Positions 51,854 through 60,920 of a stretch of 60,920 nucleotides of DNA are shown piece after piece. Under the pieces are notes generated by a model. The model was given only the letters and a program-made list of their open reading frames with translations, was not told where the DNA came from and searched no databases. A program made the position numbers and the translations under genes. The stretch comes from Gemmatimonadales bacterium (GTDB lineage Bacteria; Gemmatimonadota; Gemmatimonadetes; Gemmatimonadales; GWC2-71-9): NCBI GenBank assembly GCA_013140635.1, contig JABFSM010000063.1, forward strand, positions 1 to 60,920, in the 5' to 3' direction. Position 1 is the first letter of the stretch, and the number at the start of each line of letters is the position of its first letter.

Positions 51854-52807
51854 ATGCGCGACGGGGCCCCGACCGAGGCGGCCCTCCGCGCCGCGGCCGC
51901 CGCCCTTGCCGGGGTGGCGGTCCGCACCCCTCTCGTCGAAGCGCCCGGCCTTTCCCGCCGCCTCGGCGTCCCCGTCTGGCTCAAGTGTGAAATGTGGCAG
52001 CCGATCGGCGCCTTCAAGGTGCGGGGGGCGTGGACCGCGGTGACGCGCATGCCCGAAGCGCTCCGCGCCCGGGGCGTCATTGCCCACTCGAGTGGGAATC
52101 ATGGCCGCGCGGTGGCGTGGGTGGCGCGACGACTGGGCGTGCGGGCCCTGATCGTGATGAACGACAACGCCCCGCCGCTCAAGGTGGAGGCGGTACGAGC
52201 CGAAGGAGCCGAGGTGGTCCTCGTCGACCGCTACAAGCGTCTGGCCACGGCCAACGAGCTTGCCGCACGGGAAAGCCTCTCCATGGTTCCCCCGTTCGAG
52301 CACGAAGATGTGATCCTAGGCCAGGGAACCTGTGCGCTCGAAATCCTCGACGACATTCCCGATCTCTCGGCCCTCATCTCGCCGGTGGGCGGCGGCGGCC
52401 TGATCGCCGGCTGTTGTCTGGCCGCGGAGGCGCTTGGCCATCCGGTCGAGGTCGTCGGCGCCGAGCCGGTGGGCGCCGCCAAGCTCACGGCGGCCCTTGC
52501 CGCAGGGCGTCCCACCGCCCTTGCCTCGACGGCCAGCATCGCGGACGGATTGCTCCCCGTGTCGGTCGGCGAGATCCCATGGTCCCGGATCGGCCAACGG
52601 GTGCAGCGAGCGGTACGTATCTCGGAGGATGGCATCGCGCGCGCGGTGCGCTTCCTTTTCCACGATATGGGACTGCGGGTCGAGCCTTCGGGCGCCGTCT
52701 CAGTTGCGGCCCTTCTCGAAGGGGGATTCCGGCCCACCGGTCCCGTAGCGGCCATTCTCAGCGGGGGTAACGTGGATCCCGACCTCTTTGCGCGGCTCAT
52801 CGCCTGA
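51854..52807 (+). CDS. PLP-dependent threonine/serine dehydratase family protein
   Basis: VWLKCEMWQPIGAFKVRGA (PLP Lys), HSSGNHG, PVGGGGLIAG. Confidence 0.8.
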   Translation: MRDGAPTEAALRAAAAALAGVAVRTPLVEAPGLSRRLGVPVWLKCEMWQPIGAFKVRGAWTAVTRMPEALRARGVIAHSSGNHGRAVAWVARRLGVRALIVMNDNAPPLKVEAVRAEGAEVVLVDRYKRLATANELAARESLSMVPPFEHEDVILGQGTCALEILDDIPDLSALISPVGGGGLIAGCCLAAEALGHPVEVVGAEPVGAAKLTAALAAGRPTALASTASIADGLLPVSVGEIPWSRIGQRVQRAVRISEDGIARAVRFLFHDMGLRVEPSGAVSVAALLEGGFRPTGPVAAILSGGNVDPDLFARLIA

Positions 52808-52810
52808 GAT

Positions 52811-54220
52811 ATGTGGAGCCTCGCGCCCCACGTTCTGATTCTGGACCAGGATCGGACCTTTGCGCGGACCGTATCCCGACTCCTGAGTGAAAACGGCTAC
52901 GACCCCGGCGGCCTCTCCGAGCCGACCGGACTCGACGAATACCTGGCCACCCGCACCGTCGATCTCCTCCTCCTCGACCTCTCCCTCCCCGGCGAGGAGG
53001 GGTTCACGATCCTCGAACGGCTTCGCCGGGACCGCGCCTATCGGGATCTCCCGGTGCTCGGCGTCGCATCGAGCGCGGTGGAGGAGGCCTCGGTTCGGGC
53101 TCTCGGTCTCGGCGCCTCCGACGTCATCGCCAAACCGATACGCGTTCGTGAACTCCTCGCGCGAATCCGGACCCATCTTCGGGCCGGCCGGGCGCTGAAT
53201 CAGGCGCGGGCGGAGGCGCGCTCGCAGGCCGCGCTGGTGGAACTCCTCCGCGAGATCAACACGAACCTGCCGCCCAGAGAGTTGTTCCAGGTCCTGGTCC
53301 GGCAGGTGGCGGCCGGGCTCCGGATTCCCCGGTGTTCGATCCTCTTTGGACGGCCGGGGGCGGAGCGGATCACCGTGGCGGCGGCGTCGGAGAATCCGAT
53401 GTTGCACGACCTGTCGGTCGACGTGGGGCGCTACCCGGAAATCCGGCGGGCGCTCGATTCGGGCGAGGTGCTGCTGGTGAGCGATGCCGCCTCCGAGCCG
53501 ATGTACCAGGGGATGCATGCCCAGGAAACGACCTCCTCGCTGGTCCTCCCCTTCTCCCTTCGGGGAGAGCGGGCCGGGGTCTTCTTTCTCAGGACCGGCG
53601 CCGGCGATCCCCCGCTCGACGACGCCGACATCCGCTTTGCGGAAAAGGTGATCGAGTCCGCCGCCTCGGCGATGGAGAAGGCGCTCGACCACGAGAGCCA
53701 GTCCCGTCGCGAAGATGAGATGCGCCAGCTTGCGGAGACCGACCCGCTGACCGGCCTGCTGAATCGGCGCGCCCTCGACGACAAGCTTCGCCAGGAAGTG
53801 GAGCGGGCGTCCCGGTACGGTACCGTTCTCACCTGCGTGATGATCGACGTCGATCACTTCAAGCAGACCAACGATACGTACGGCCACCAGGCCGGCGATC
53901 GGATCCTCACCCAGTTTGCCGAGTTGCTGCGCCGGGAACAGCGATCGGTCGACGTGGTGGCCCGTTATGGCGGTGAGGAATTCGTGGTGCTCCTCCCGGA
54001 AACCGGCAACGCCGGGGCGCGGCTCTTCGCCGAACGCATCCTTCGGCGAGTCAGCAACGCGGCGTTCGGCGAGCCGGACACGCCGATTCCCATTACCATC
54101 AGCCTGGGGCTGGGCACCTATCCCGACGAGCGCGCCGTCGACGGGGAATCGCTGCTCCGGCTCGCCGATCGCAATCTCCTCCGGGCCAAGTCCGACGGGC
54201 GCAACCGGTACCGCGATTGA
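52811..54220 (+). CDS. Response regulator receiver + GAF + GGDEF diguanylate cyclase
   Basis: REC: VLILDQDRTF...DLLLLDLSLPGEEG. Central GAF-like region. GGDEF: TDPLTGLLNRRAL...VMIDVDHFKQTNDTYGHQAGDRIL...ARYGGEEFVVLLPET. Confidence 0.85.
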   Translation: MWSLAPHVLILDQDRTFARTVSRLLSENGYDPGGLSEPTGLDEYLATRTVDLLLLDLSLPGEEGFTILERLRRDRAYRDLPVLGVASSAVEEASVRALGLGASDVIAKPIRVRELLARIRTHLRAGRALNQARAEARSQAALVELLREINTNLPPRELFQVLVRQVAAGLRIPRCSILFGRPGAERITVAAASENPMLHDLSVDVGRYPEIRRALDSGEVLLVSDAASEPMYQGMHAQETTSSLVLPFSLRGERAGVFFLRTGAGDPPLDDADIRFAEKVIESAASAMEKALDHESQSRREDEMRQLAETDPLTGLLNRRALDDKLRQEVERASRYGTVLTCVMIDVDHFKQTNDTYGHQAGDRILTQFAELLRREQRSVDVVARYGGEEFVVLLPETGNAGARLFAERILRRVSNAAFGEPDTPIPITISLGLGTYPDERAVDGESLLRLADRNLLRAKSDGRNRYRD

Positions 54221-55257
54221 GCACGCTCCGCTGCCCTCGCTGCGGGACGACCTTCGATCCGCCGGCCCGGTTCTGCACCAAAGACGGGTTCTCCCTCGTG
54301 CCCGGGGGGGCGCCTCCTCCCACGACCACCCGGGCCTTCGGACTCCATCGTACCGGTGAGGTGCGCCAACCCCCGGCCCGCCGGGGCGATCCCGCGTCCG
54401 GGCTCTCCGGGCGGGTGCTCGACGGCCGGTACCAGATGGAGATGCGGGTGGGCGAGGGGGGGATGGCGTACGTCTATCGGGCGAAAGACCGGGAAAACGG
54501 AAAGACCGTCGCGGTGAAGGTCCTGATGTCCCGGCTCACCGGCGACCACGAGGCGGTGGCCCGGCTCCGGCGAGAAGCGCAGGTCGCGATGCGGCTCGAC
54601 CATCCGAACGTGTGCGGTATCCAGGCCTTCGGCGAAGCGGCGGGCATGCCGTATCTGGTCATGCCCTTTCTCGAAGGAGAGACCCTCTCTCGCCGAGAAA
54701 CGCGACATGGTCCGATGCCGGCGCCCCTCGCGGTGCCGCTGCTCCGGCAGCTCTGCCGCGGGCTGCAGCACGCCCATGACGCGGGAGTGCTCCATCGCGA
54801 CCTCAAGCCGGAAAACGTTATGCTCGTGGCCGACGGCGGCGTCGAGCACGCGGTCGTGATGGATTTCGGGCTGGCCAAGGAGAGCGTGGCCGGCGCGGAG
54901 GTGGTCAAGCTCACCGCCACCGGCATCGTGCTCGGCACGCCGGAGTTCATGAGCCCGGAGCAGATTCGGGGGAAGCCGCTCGACGCGCGGAGCGACGTTT
55001 TCGCGCTGGGGGTGCTGGCCTTCGAACTCTTGACCGGACGGCTGCCCTTCGAGGGCAATACGGCGCAGGAGACGATGCTCGCCCACCTTACCGGCCAGCC
55101 GCTCCGGCTCCGGCAAGCCAACGCGGCGCTCCCGGAGTCGCTCGAACGGGTGATCGCGGAGAGCATCGCGCACAAGCCGAACGACCGATTTCAGCGAATG
55201 AGCGATTTCGAAGAGGCGCTGGGGGATTGCGTCGGCGGCTCCGCCGCCTCGCAATGA
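54217..55257 (+). CDS. Ser/Thr protein kinase with N-terminal zinc-ribbon
   Basis: RCPRCGTTFDPPARFCTKDG. Kinase motifs GEGGMAYVYRA...VAVKVL, HRDLKPENVML, DFGLAK, GTPEFMSPEQ. TTG start overlaps the previous stop (TTGA). Confidence 0.85.
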   Translation: MSTLRCPRCGTTFDPPARFCTKDGFSLVPGGAPPPTTTRAFGLHRTGEVRQPPARRGDPASGLSGRVLDGRYQMEMRVGEGGMAYVYRAKDRENGKTVAVKVLMSRLTGDHEAVARLRREAQVAMRLDHPNVCGIQAFGEAAGMPYLVMPFLEGETLSRRETRHGPMPAPLAVPLLRQLCRGLQHAHDAGVLHRDLKPENVMLVADGGVEHAVVMDFGLAKESVAGAEVVKLTATGIVLGTPEFMSPEQIRGKPLDARSDVFALGVLAFELLTGRLPFEGNTAQETMLAHLTGQPLRLRQANAALPESLERVIAESIAHKPNDRFQRMSDFEEALGDCVGGSAASQ

Positions 55258-55320
55258 CCCGTCCACCAGTCATCGCGAGGGGCCAAAGGCCCCGCGGCGA
55301 TCTAACCAGGAGACCCACCG

Positions 55321-56136
55321 ATGAGCGACCGTAAGGGCTTTGCCACCCATCTGATCGTTGCCGCGCTGGCGTTCAGCGCCGGGGCGCTCGGCACCTATCT
55401 GACGCGGCATCAACCGGCCGCGACGGCGGAGCACGTGCACGATCAGACTACCACCCACGGCGAGTACATCTGGGTCAAGAAGCCGACCGGCGACTCGGTA
55501 CGCGCCTATGTGGCCTATCCCGAACGGCGCGACAAGGCGCCGGCGGTCATCGTCATCCACGAAAACCAGGGTCTCACGACCTGGGAGCCGACGGTGGCCG
55601 ACAAGCTGGCCGGGAACGGCTATGTGGCCGCCGCGGTCGATCTGCCATCCTCGATGTTCGGGCTCTATCCCGCCGACTCCGGCCGCGCCTACATCCCTCG
55701 CCTCACGCCTGACGGCGTGACGGCGGACCTCAACGCCGTCTACGAATACCTGAACGGCCTGGGCGCGGTGCGGAAGGATCAGATCGGGGTGATCGGCTTC
55801 TGCTGGGGCGGCGGACAGACCTTCCGCTATGCCACCAACAACCCGAAGCTCAAGGCGGCGGTCGTTTGCTACGGGCCGGCCCCCGACACCCTGGCCATGC
55901 CGCGCATCGGCGCGAAGATTCTCGGCGTCTACGGCGAAGCGGATGCGCGTATCAACAGCCAGCTGCCGACGGTGGCCGACGTCATGAAACGGTTGGGTAA
56001 GTCCTTCGCGCCCGACAGCTACCCCGGCACCGGGCATGGTTTCCTCAAACCGGGCCGGCGCGGTAACGACACCGATCAGCCCGACAAGGCGTGGGCCAAG
56101 ATCCTCGCCTTCTTCCAGGAAAATCTCGCCAAGTGA
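55321..56136 (+). CDS. Dienelactone hydrolase family protein
   Basis: PAVIVIHENQGLTTWEPTVADKLAGNGYVAAAVDL..., GVIGFCWGG..., GTGHGF. Confidence 0.85.
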   Translation: MSDRKGFATHLIVAALAFSAGALGTYLTRHQPAATAEHVHDQTTTHGEYIWVKKPTGDSVRAYVAYPERRDKAPAVIVIHENQGLTTWEPTVADKLAGNGYVAAAVDLPSSMFGLYPADSGRAYIPRLTPDGVTADLNAVYEYLNGLGAVRKDQIGVIGFCWGGGQTFRYATNNPKLKAAVVCYGPAPDTLAMPRIGAKILGVYGEADARINSQLPTVADVMKRLGKSFAPDSYPGTGHGFLKPGRRGNDTDQPDKAWAKILAFFQENLAK

Positions 56137-56912
56137 TTCGGCTTCGGGCGCTCGGCGCCCTCGCAATGACTGCCGCCGCCTGCGCCGTCACGCCCCTCAC
56201 CAACCGGATCGATGTCGGCGAAGAGCCGTTCGTGGTGGGAGTGGGAAATGGTCCCGACGGCTTCACCGATTTGTATGCGGCGCCCGCCGGAGGTGGGAAT
56301 TTTGTCCGGCTCAGCTTCAATCGCGCCCGGGAGGAGGGACCGAAGATCTCTCCCGACGGCGGCCGAGTAGCGTTTTTTCGGCGCGCGGAGGCGGGAGGGG
56401 GAACTTGGTCGCTCGTGGTGATGGACCTTCTCACCACCGGCGAGCGAAGCACCCTGCTGCCAAACGGTGCCGGCACGCCGGTGCGGCTCGGCTGGAGCCA
56501 CGACGGCCGGCGTATCGGCCTGTGGGCCGGCCCGCTCTATCTCGTGGACGAAGCGAATCCGGCAGAGACGATTCACCCGATCGCGGGGGACTCGGTGCCG
56601 ATAGTAGACTCGCTCACCCGGGAGTTCGTCGGCTCCCCGCCGATTGGGGCCATCGAAGCCTGCCGGGACGGAGGCGAGTGCATTCTTACCAGAGAGGGTC
56701 AACTCACCCTCCTTGGCCCGGCCACCTCGGGAGCGATCCGCTGGACCAGCGACTCGGTCGCCTATTTCATCGGCGATGATTTCGAGATCCGCCCACTGGG
56801 CGGAGGCCGGTCCCGCAGGCCAAGTTGGACCACCCGGCCGGACAGCCTCCGGTCCCTTTCGTTCCACTCTGGTGCATCAAGCTCGGTTTCCAGCCCACCG
56901 CTCCGCCCCTGA
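56133..56912 (+). CDS. PD40/TolB-like repeat lipoprotein
   Basis: GTGA overlap start. LGALAMTAAACA lipobox. ...ISPDGGRVAFFRR... and ...WSHDGRRIGLW... are PD40-like blades. Confidence 0.5.
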   Translation: MIRLRALGALAMTAAACAVTPLTNRIDVGEEPFVVGVGNGPDGFTDLYAAPAGGGNFVRLSFNRAREEGPKISPDGGRVAFFRRAEAGGGTWSLVVMDLLTTGERSTLLPNGAGTPVRLGWSHDGRRIGLWAGPLYLVDEANPAETIHPIAGDSVPIVDSLTREFVGSPPIGAIEACRDGGECILTREGQLTLLGPATSGAIRWTSDSVAYFIGDDFEIRPLGGGRSRRPSWTTRPDSLRSLSFHSGASSSVSSPPLRP

Positions 56913-57038
56913 TACGGAAGGCCGCGACGGTCAATCGGCCTCGGTCATCCTTCTTTCGGCAATCAAACAACATCGCCGCGTGCTTGGGCATCGCTCACCC
57001 GAGCGCCCGACGGCGACCACATCGACCCTGGGGGCCCG

Positions 57039-58202
57039 ATGCATCCGATTCTCGTCGCCAGCCTGGCTGCCCTCGGCGCGGCCGCCACACTTTCCGCGCA
57101 ACAGGATCCGAAGCCCAGACCCCTCGGCGCGATGATCGGGGAGTTTCCCCAGACCTTCTCCAATGTGCGCGGGTTCGCGAGCGTGGGTGACGGGCGCCTG
57201 GTGGTGTCCGACCGGGGGGAGCAGCGCCTTTCGCTCATCGAGTTCGCCAGCGGCACGGCAAAGTCGCTCAGCCGCAAGGGTGGCGGCCCGCTCGAGTACA
57301 CCGAACTCGGGGGGCTCTACCATACCAAGGGCGGAGGCGTTGCGCTCTACGACCAGAATCGGGTTCGCCTGCTCGGGATCACGCCAACCGGCGAATTGGT
57401 CGAGCTCCCACCGATTCCCACGCGGCCGGGGGGGCGGGCCTACAGCGTCTCCGACCGGGGCCCCGACCTATACACGCCCGATTCGCTTGGCCAGTTTTAC
57501 TGGTCCTCTCGATCGTTCGGGATGCCTCCGAACCGCGCCAACGGTGAGATTCAGCCGAGCCCAGGCCTCCCCGTCCTTCGGATTCGCTCGCCGGCGGAGG
57601 TGGACACGGTCGCGATGTTGCGGCAGCCCCCGTCGCGAACGGTCTCCACCGGCCCGGGGATGACGTCGAGTCAGACGGTGCTCTATTCACCGGTCGACCT
57701 CTGGGCGCTCTCCCCCGATGGCTGGCTGGCTGTCGTCCGAAGCGTTCCCTACCGAGTCGAGTGGCACCCACCGCGCGGCGCCGTGGTTCAGGGTCCCGTC
57801 ATTCCGTACACCGCACTCCGCGTCACCGACGCCGATCGCGCCATCTTCGAGAAGCCCGCCGGAGGCCCCCCGCAGATCATGGGTGCGCGAACGACGGGTG
57901 AGGGCGTCAGGATGGCCCCGGTCGGCGGTGGAGGACAGGCGCTCTTTGCGGACGCCAAGCCGGCATTCCCCAACGAGCAAGTGCCCTTGATAGACCATAA
58001 CGGTCGTCTCTGGGTGGAGCGGTACACGGCGAACCAGAAGGAGGGGCGGGTGTACGACGTCTTCGACCGCGCCGGCGCCCTGGCCGACCGCGTACTGATG
58101 CCGGCCGGCGTGCGGCTCGTGGGGTTCGACCGAAACTCGGTGTACGGCGTCAGAGCCGACGACGACGACCTGCTCCACCTGCAGCGGTTTCGGCTTCGGT
58201 AG
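57039..58202 (+). CDS. 6-bladed beta-propeller paralog
   Basis: Signal MHPILVASLAALGAAATLSAQQ. VGDGRLVVSDRGEQRLSLIEF, RKGGGPLEY, and C-terminal ...VYGVRADDDDLLHLQRFRLR. Confidence 0.7.
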   Translation: MHPILVASLAALGAAATLSAQQDPKPRPLGAMIGEFPQTFSNVRGFASVGDGRLVVSDRGEQRLSLIEFASGTAKSLSRKGGGPLEYTELGGLYHTKGGGVALYDQNRVRLLGITPTGELVELPPIPTRPGGRAYSVSDRGPDLYTPDSLGQFYWSSRSFGMPPNRANGEIQPSPGLPVLRIRSPAEVDTVAMLRQPPSRTVSTGPGMTSSQTVLYSPVDLWALSPDGWLAVVRSVPYRVEWHPPRGAVVQGPVIPYTALRVTDADRAIFEKPAGGPPQIMGARTTGEGVRMAPVGGGGQALFADAKPAFPNEQVPLIDHNGRLWVERYTANQKEGRVYDVFDRAGALADRVLMPAGVRLVGFDRNSVYGVRADDDDLLHLQRFRLR

Positions 58203-59868
58203 GCACTGCCTCACGCGGAATGACGTAGTAATCCGGATCGACCGCGAAGTCCCGCGCACGCGTAAGGGGAACCGACTGCCACGACTCCGTGGGCCGGAGG
58301 CGGGTGTATCCGGCACTGGAAAGCCTCACCTCCACCGGCATGTCGAAGCCCGGCACCACCTCGGCCCAGCGATAGGCCAACGTGGTGCCTTCGATCCGGT
58401 ATTCGAAGACCGGGATCTTGACGGTCCGGAGATACTGGTCGAAGACTTTCGAGAGATCCCGCCCCGCGCGCCGGGAGAGGTAGGCTTCGACCTCGCTGCC
58501 GGTCACGGTGCGGTGCCGGAAGGTTTCGTTGAGCCCGCGCAGGGTGCTCCGCCACGTCTCGTCGTTTCCGACAATCTGGCGAATCGTGTGCAACATCGAT
58601 CCGCCTTTGGGGTACATGTCGCCGGAGCCCTGGGCGTTCACCCCATATGCGTCCGGAACGACGGGGCGGTCGTTCCGGATCCCTCGCCGAGTCCCGATGA
58701 TGTAGCGGGCACCTTCCGCCTTCCCAAACAGACACTCGGTGTAGAGCCCCTCCGAATAGTTGGCGAAGCTCTCGTGCACCCACATATCGGCGAGGTCCTT
58801 GGTGGTGATGTTGTTGCCGAACCACTCGTGGGCGCTCTCGTGGACGATTATGAAGTCCCACCGGAGGCCGAGCCCGGTGCCGGAGTCGTCCCGCCGCCGG
58901 TATCCATTCGCGTAGCCGTTGCCATAGGCGATTGCGCTTTGATGCTCCATGCCGGCATTGGGTACCTCGACGAGCTTGAATCCGTCTTCGTACCAGGGAT
59001 ACGGACCGAACCAATGCTCGAAGCATCGTAGCATGGTCCTGGTCTGGACGAACTGCCGCTTTGCCGCGGCGAGGTGATAGTCGAGCGGCCAGAAATCGAG
59101 AGTGAGCCTTCCCCGCTCTCCCAGATACTCCTCCGAGTAGTGCGCGTAGTTCCCGGCGGCCACCGCGATCGCGTAGTTGTTGATCGGCTTGGTGACGAAC
59201 CACTCGTACGTGGTCGTCCCGTCACCGTTGGGTGTGGTCCGGCGCAGCCGCCCGTTGGAGACGTCGATCAGCGGATCGGGCACGGTGAGCGCCACTCGCT
59301 GACTGTCGGGTTCGTCGGCCTGCGTGTCCTTGTTCGGCCACCAGACGCTTGCTCCCATCCCCTGGTCGGTCGTCACCACCCAGGGACGGCCGAGGCTGTC
59401 GACCTGCCAGGAGAAGCCGCCGTCCCAAGGCGGCCGCCGAGCCGGGTGTGGCTTGCCGTGGTAGTAGACCGTTATAGTACGTTCCGCCCCCGTTGGAGGC
59501 GCCTGCGGCAGGATGGCGAAGAAGGCGTTGCCCTCCCGCCGGAACGACAGGGCTTGGCCTTCCTGGACCATGCTATCGACCTCGAGCGGCACCATCAGGT
59601 CGATCTGCAATTCCCGGCCCGGCGCCAGGACCCGATAGGTGATCCCGTTCCGCCCGCGGATGCTGCTATCGGCGGGGTGAATGGCCACTCGGAGATCGTA
59701 GAACATCACATCCCACCACGCGCGGGCTGGTGATGTGAAGCTGCCGCGGAGGGTGTCGGCGCGAGTGTACGAGCGCGGGGTCTGCGCCGAGGCGGCGCCG
59801 GCCAGGGCGGCGAGCAGCAGCAGAGGCCATGTGTTGGCGATAGGCGCGCGATTGCCCTTGACGGTCAC
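58150..59868 (-). CDS. M1 family metallopeptidase (aminopeptidase N-like)
   Basis: GAMEN-like NAGMEHQS, then VHESAHEWFGN...WVHESFANY (HExxH-x18-E). Signal LLLLAALAGAASAQ. The ORF extends to 59955, but GTG 59868 just before the signal peptide is the more plausible start. Confidence 0.85.
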   Translation of the reverse strand: MTVKGNRAPIANTWPLLLLAALAGAASAQTPRSYTRADTLRGSFTSPARAWWDVMFYDLRVAIHPADSSIRGRNGITYRVLAPGRELQIDLMVPLEVDSMVQEGQALSFRREGNAFFAILPQAPPTGAERTITVYYHGKPHPARRPPWDGGFSWQVDSLGRPWVVTTDQGMGASVWWPNKDTQADEPDSQRVALTVPDPLIDVSNGRLRRTTPNGDGTTTYEWFVTKPINNYAIAVAAGNYAHYSEEYLGERGRLTLDFWPLDYHLAAAKRQFVQTRTMLRCFEHWFGPYPWYEDGFKLVEVPNAGMEHQSAIAYGNGYANGYRRRDDSGTGLGLRWDFIIVHESAHEWFGNNITTKDLADMWVHESFANYSEGLYTECLFGKAEGARYIIGTRRGIRNDRPVVPDAYGVNAQGSGDMYPKGGSMLHTIRQIVGNDETWRSTLRGLNETFRHRTVTGSEVEAYLSRRAGRDLSKVFDQYLRTVKIPVFEYRIEGTTLAYRWAEVVPGFDMPVEVRLSSAGYTRLRPTESWQSVPLTRARDFAVDPDYYVIPREAVPTEAETAAGGAGRRRRL

Positions 59869-59971
59869 CCGAGAGCCTCGTCTTCGACGGTCCGCGGTAC
59901 CCGAAGATGCTTCCCTGAAAGGAAAGTGAATGGCCGCCGTTGCGCCACCCTCCACGGTCTTGACAGCCCGC

Positions 59972-60274
59972 TCAAATGGTGGCCGCGATCTCCTTCTTCA
60001 CCGCCCGGATTCGGGTTTCGTCCCGCTTGTAGAAGGTCCACTGCTTGATGCGGGTCGGGCGGAGGAGCCCGGCCTGCGAGAGCACCTTGAGGTGCTCGCT
60101 CGCGGTCGGCTGGCTCACGCCCAACTTCTCGGCGATGAAGATGCCGCATACCCCATCCTTGACCAGATCGCCGTCGGCCTGCGGCGGAAAATGGGCCTCG
60201 GGGTCCTGGAGCCACTCGAGAATCTGGAGCCGCCGCTCGTTGGCCAGCGCACGCATCGCGGTCACTATTGACAT
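59972..60274 (-). CDS. ArsR/SmtB family transcriptional regulator
   Basis: ALANERRLQILEWL...IAEKLGVSQPTASEHLKVLSQAGLLRPTRIKQWTFYKRDE. Confidence 0.85.
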   Translation of the reverse strand: MSIVTAMRALANERRLQILEWLQDPEAHFPPQADGDLVKDGVCGIFIAEKLGVSQPTASEHLKVLSQAGLLRPTRIKQWTFYKRDETRIRAVKKEIAATI

Positions 60275-60301
60275 ATTGGGAATTTGCCATTTAACTAAGT
60301 A

Positions 60302-60920
60302 ATGTCAAGCCCTCTAACGACCACCTCCGAAGCGAGCGCCGCGACCATCGCGCCCGAACGGATTGCCGCGACCCACACGCTGATCCGGCCCTATATCCGG
60401 CGCACCCCGGTGGTGGAGCTGAACGGCGCGGACATCGGCCTGGCGGGAGTGCACCTGACGCTGAAGCTCGAGCTCCTGCAACACGCCGGTTCCTTCAAGG
60501 TCCGCGGCGCGTTCGCCAATCTGCTCTCGCGCCAGGTTCCGGCGGCCGGCGTGGTCGCGGCGTCGGGCGGCAACCATGGCGCCGCGGTGGCCTACGCCGC
60601 CATGACGCTCGGCATCCCGGCTGCGATCTTCGTGCCGAGCATCGCGTCCCCAGCCAAGATAGCCCAAATCCGGAGCTATGGCGCCGCGCTTGTCGTCGGC
60701 GGAGATCGCTACGCCGACGCCCTGGAGGCAAGCGAGACGCACGCCGCGCGTTCCGGGGCAATGACGGTGCACGCCTTCGATCAGGATGAGACGCTGCTCG
60801 GCCAGGGAACCACGGGCCTCGAGCTCGAGCAGCAGGCACCCGACCTCGACACGGTGCTGGTGGCCGTCGGCGGGGGCGGATTTCTCGGGGGAATCGCGGC
60901 CTGGTATGGCGGACGGGTGA
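60302..60920 (+). CDS. PLP-dependent threonine/serine dehydratase family protein, 5' part (runs off the window)
   Basis: My translation from ATG 60302: MSSPLTTTSEASAATIAPERIAATHTLIRPYIRRTPVVELNG...LTLKLELLQHAGSFKVRGAFAN...ASGGNHGAAVAYAA. Absent from the ORF track because there is no stop inside the window. Paralog of 51854-52807. Confidence 0.75.
   Translation, partial: MSSPLTTTSEASAATIAPERIAATHTLIRPYIRRTPVVELNGADIGLAGVHLTLKLELLQHAGSFKVRGAFANLLSRQVPAAGVVAASGGNHGAAVAYAAMTLGIPAAIFVPSIASPAKIAQIRSYGAALVVGGDRYADALEASETHAARSGAMTVHAFDQDETLLGQGTTGLELEQQAPDLDTVLVAVGGGGFLGGIAAWYGGRV

Noticed and set aside
60269-60308. TTGACAT ... ATGTCAA 7-bp inverted repeat spanning the ArsR/PLP-enzyme intergenic region.
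   Set aside because: Both arms are simply the two divergent start codons plus the first Ser codon (ATG TCA A on each strand). The 26-nt spacer is too long for a typical ArsR operator, so this is likely coincidental.
1-60920. Scan of intergenic regions for tRNA, rRNA, riboswitch-like or CRISPR structures.
   Set aside because: No cloverleaf-compatible segments, rRNA-like stretches or regularly spaced direct repeats were seen by eye. Absence cannot be guaranteed without tRNAscan-SE or Infernal.

Overview
High-GC bacterial chromosomal window. My spot counts of single 60-nt lines give about 70% G+C in the core. Gene content (PadR plus an ADOP-type duplicated permease, a tricorn-like protease, many 6-bladed beta-propeller paralogs) suggests a Gemmatimonadota- or Acidobacteriota-like soil bacterium; this is inference only. 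I support about 50 protein genes and found no rRNA, tRNA or CRISPR array.

Core content:
- A split mutasome: imuB at 3.5 kb and dnaE2 at 8 kb, separated by five unrelated genes.
- ispH and gyrA.
- A TolC-MFP-RND-RND efflux operon.
- Two REC-GGDEF regulators and a Ser/Thr kinase.
- A blaI/blaR1-like pair, plus assorted hydrolases.

Two accessory modules stand out.
1. 15689-20628: a translationally coupled gene pair (ATGA overlap). The first gene encodes a fused SIR2-like + TIR protein. The second encodes a 1170-aa STAND-class P-loop NTPase with a central transmembrane helix and a long helical-repeat C-terminus. This looks like an NAD+-targeting, NLR-like immune module, and I cannot match its architecture to a named system.
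2. About 29347-36759: a low-GC island (about 53-55% by spot counts) bounded by two different IS3-family elements. It replaces the middle of a beta-propeller gene downstream of blaR1. Its cargo is three paralogous 73-74-aa peptides (conserved export-like leader, six invariant Cys in the core), a beta-propeller protein, a membrane-anchored CGFC thioredoxin-fold protein and a YkgJ-type Cys-cluster protein. I read this as a candidate undescribed secreted or modified Cys-rich peptide system.

Other signals:
- An AT-rich palindrome, CTACTA-N6-TAGTAG, occurs upstream of blaI and again 12 kb away upstream of another beta-propeller paralog.
- A 28-bp homopurine/homopyrimidine hairpin lies inside the 3' end of dnaE2.

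Everything here is read by eye from the sequence and the ORF track. No database search was run.
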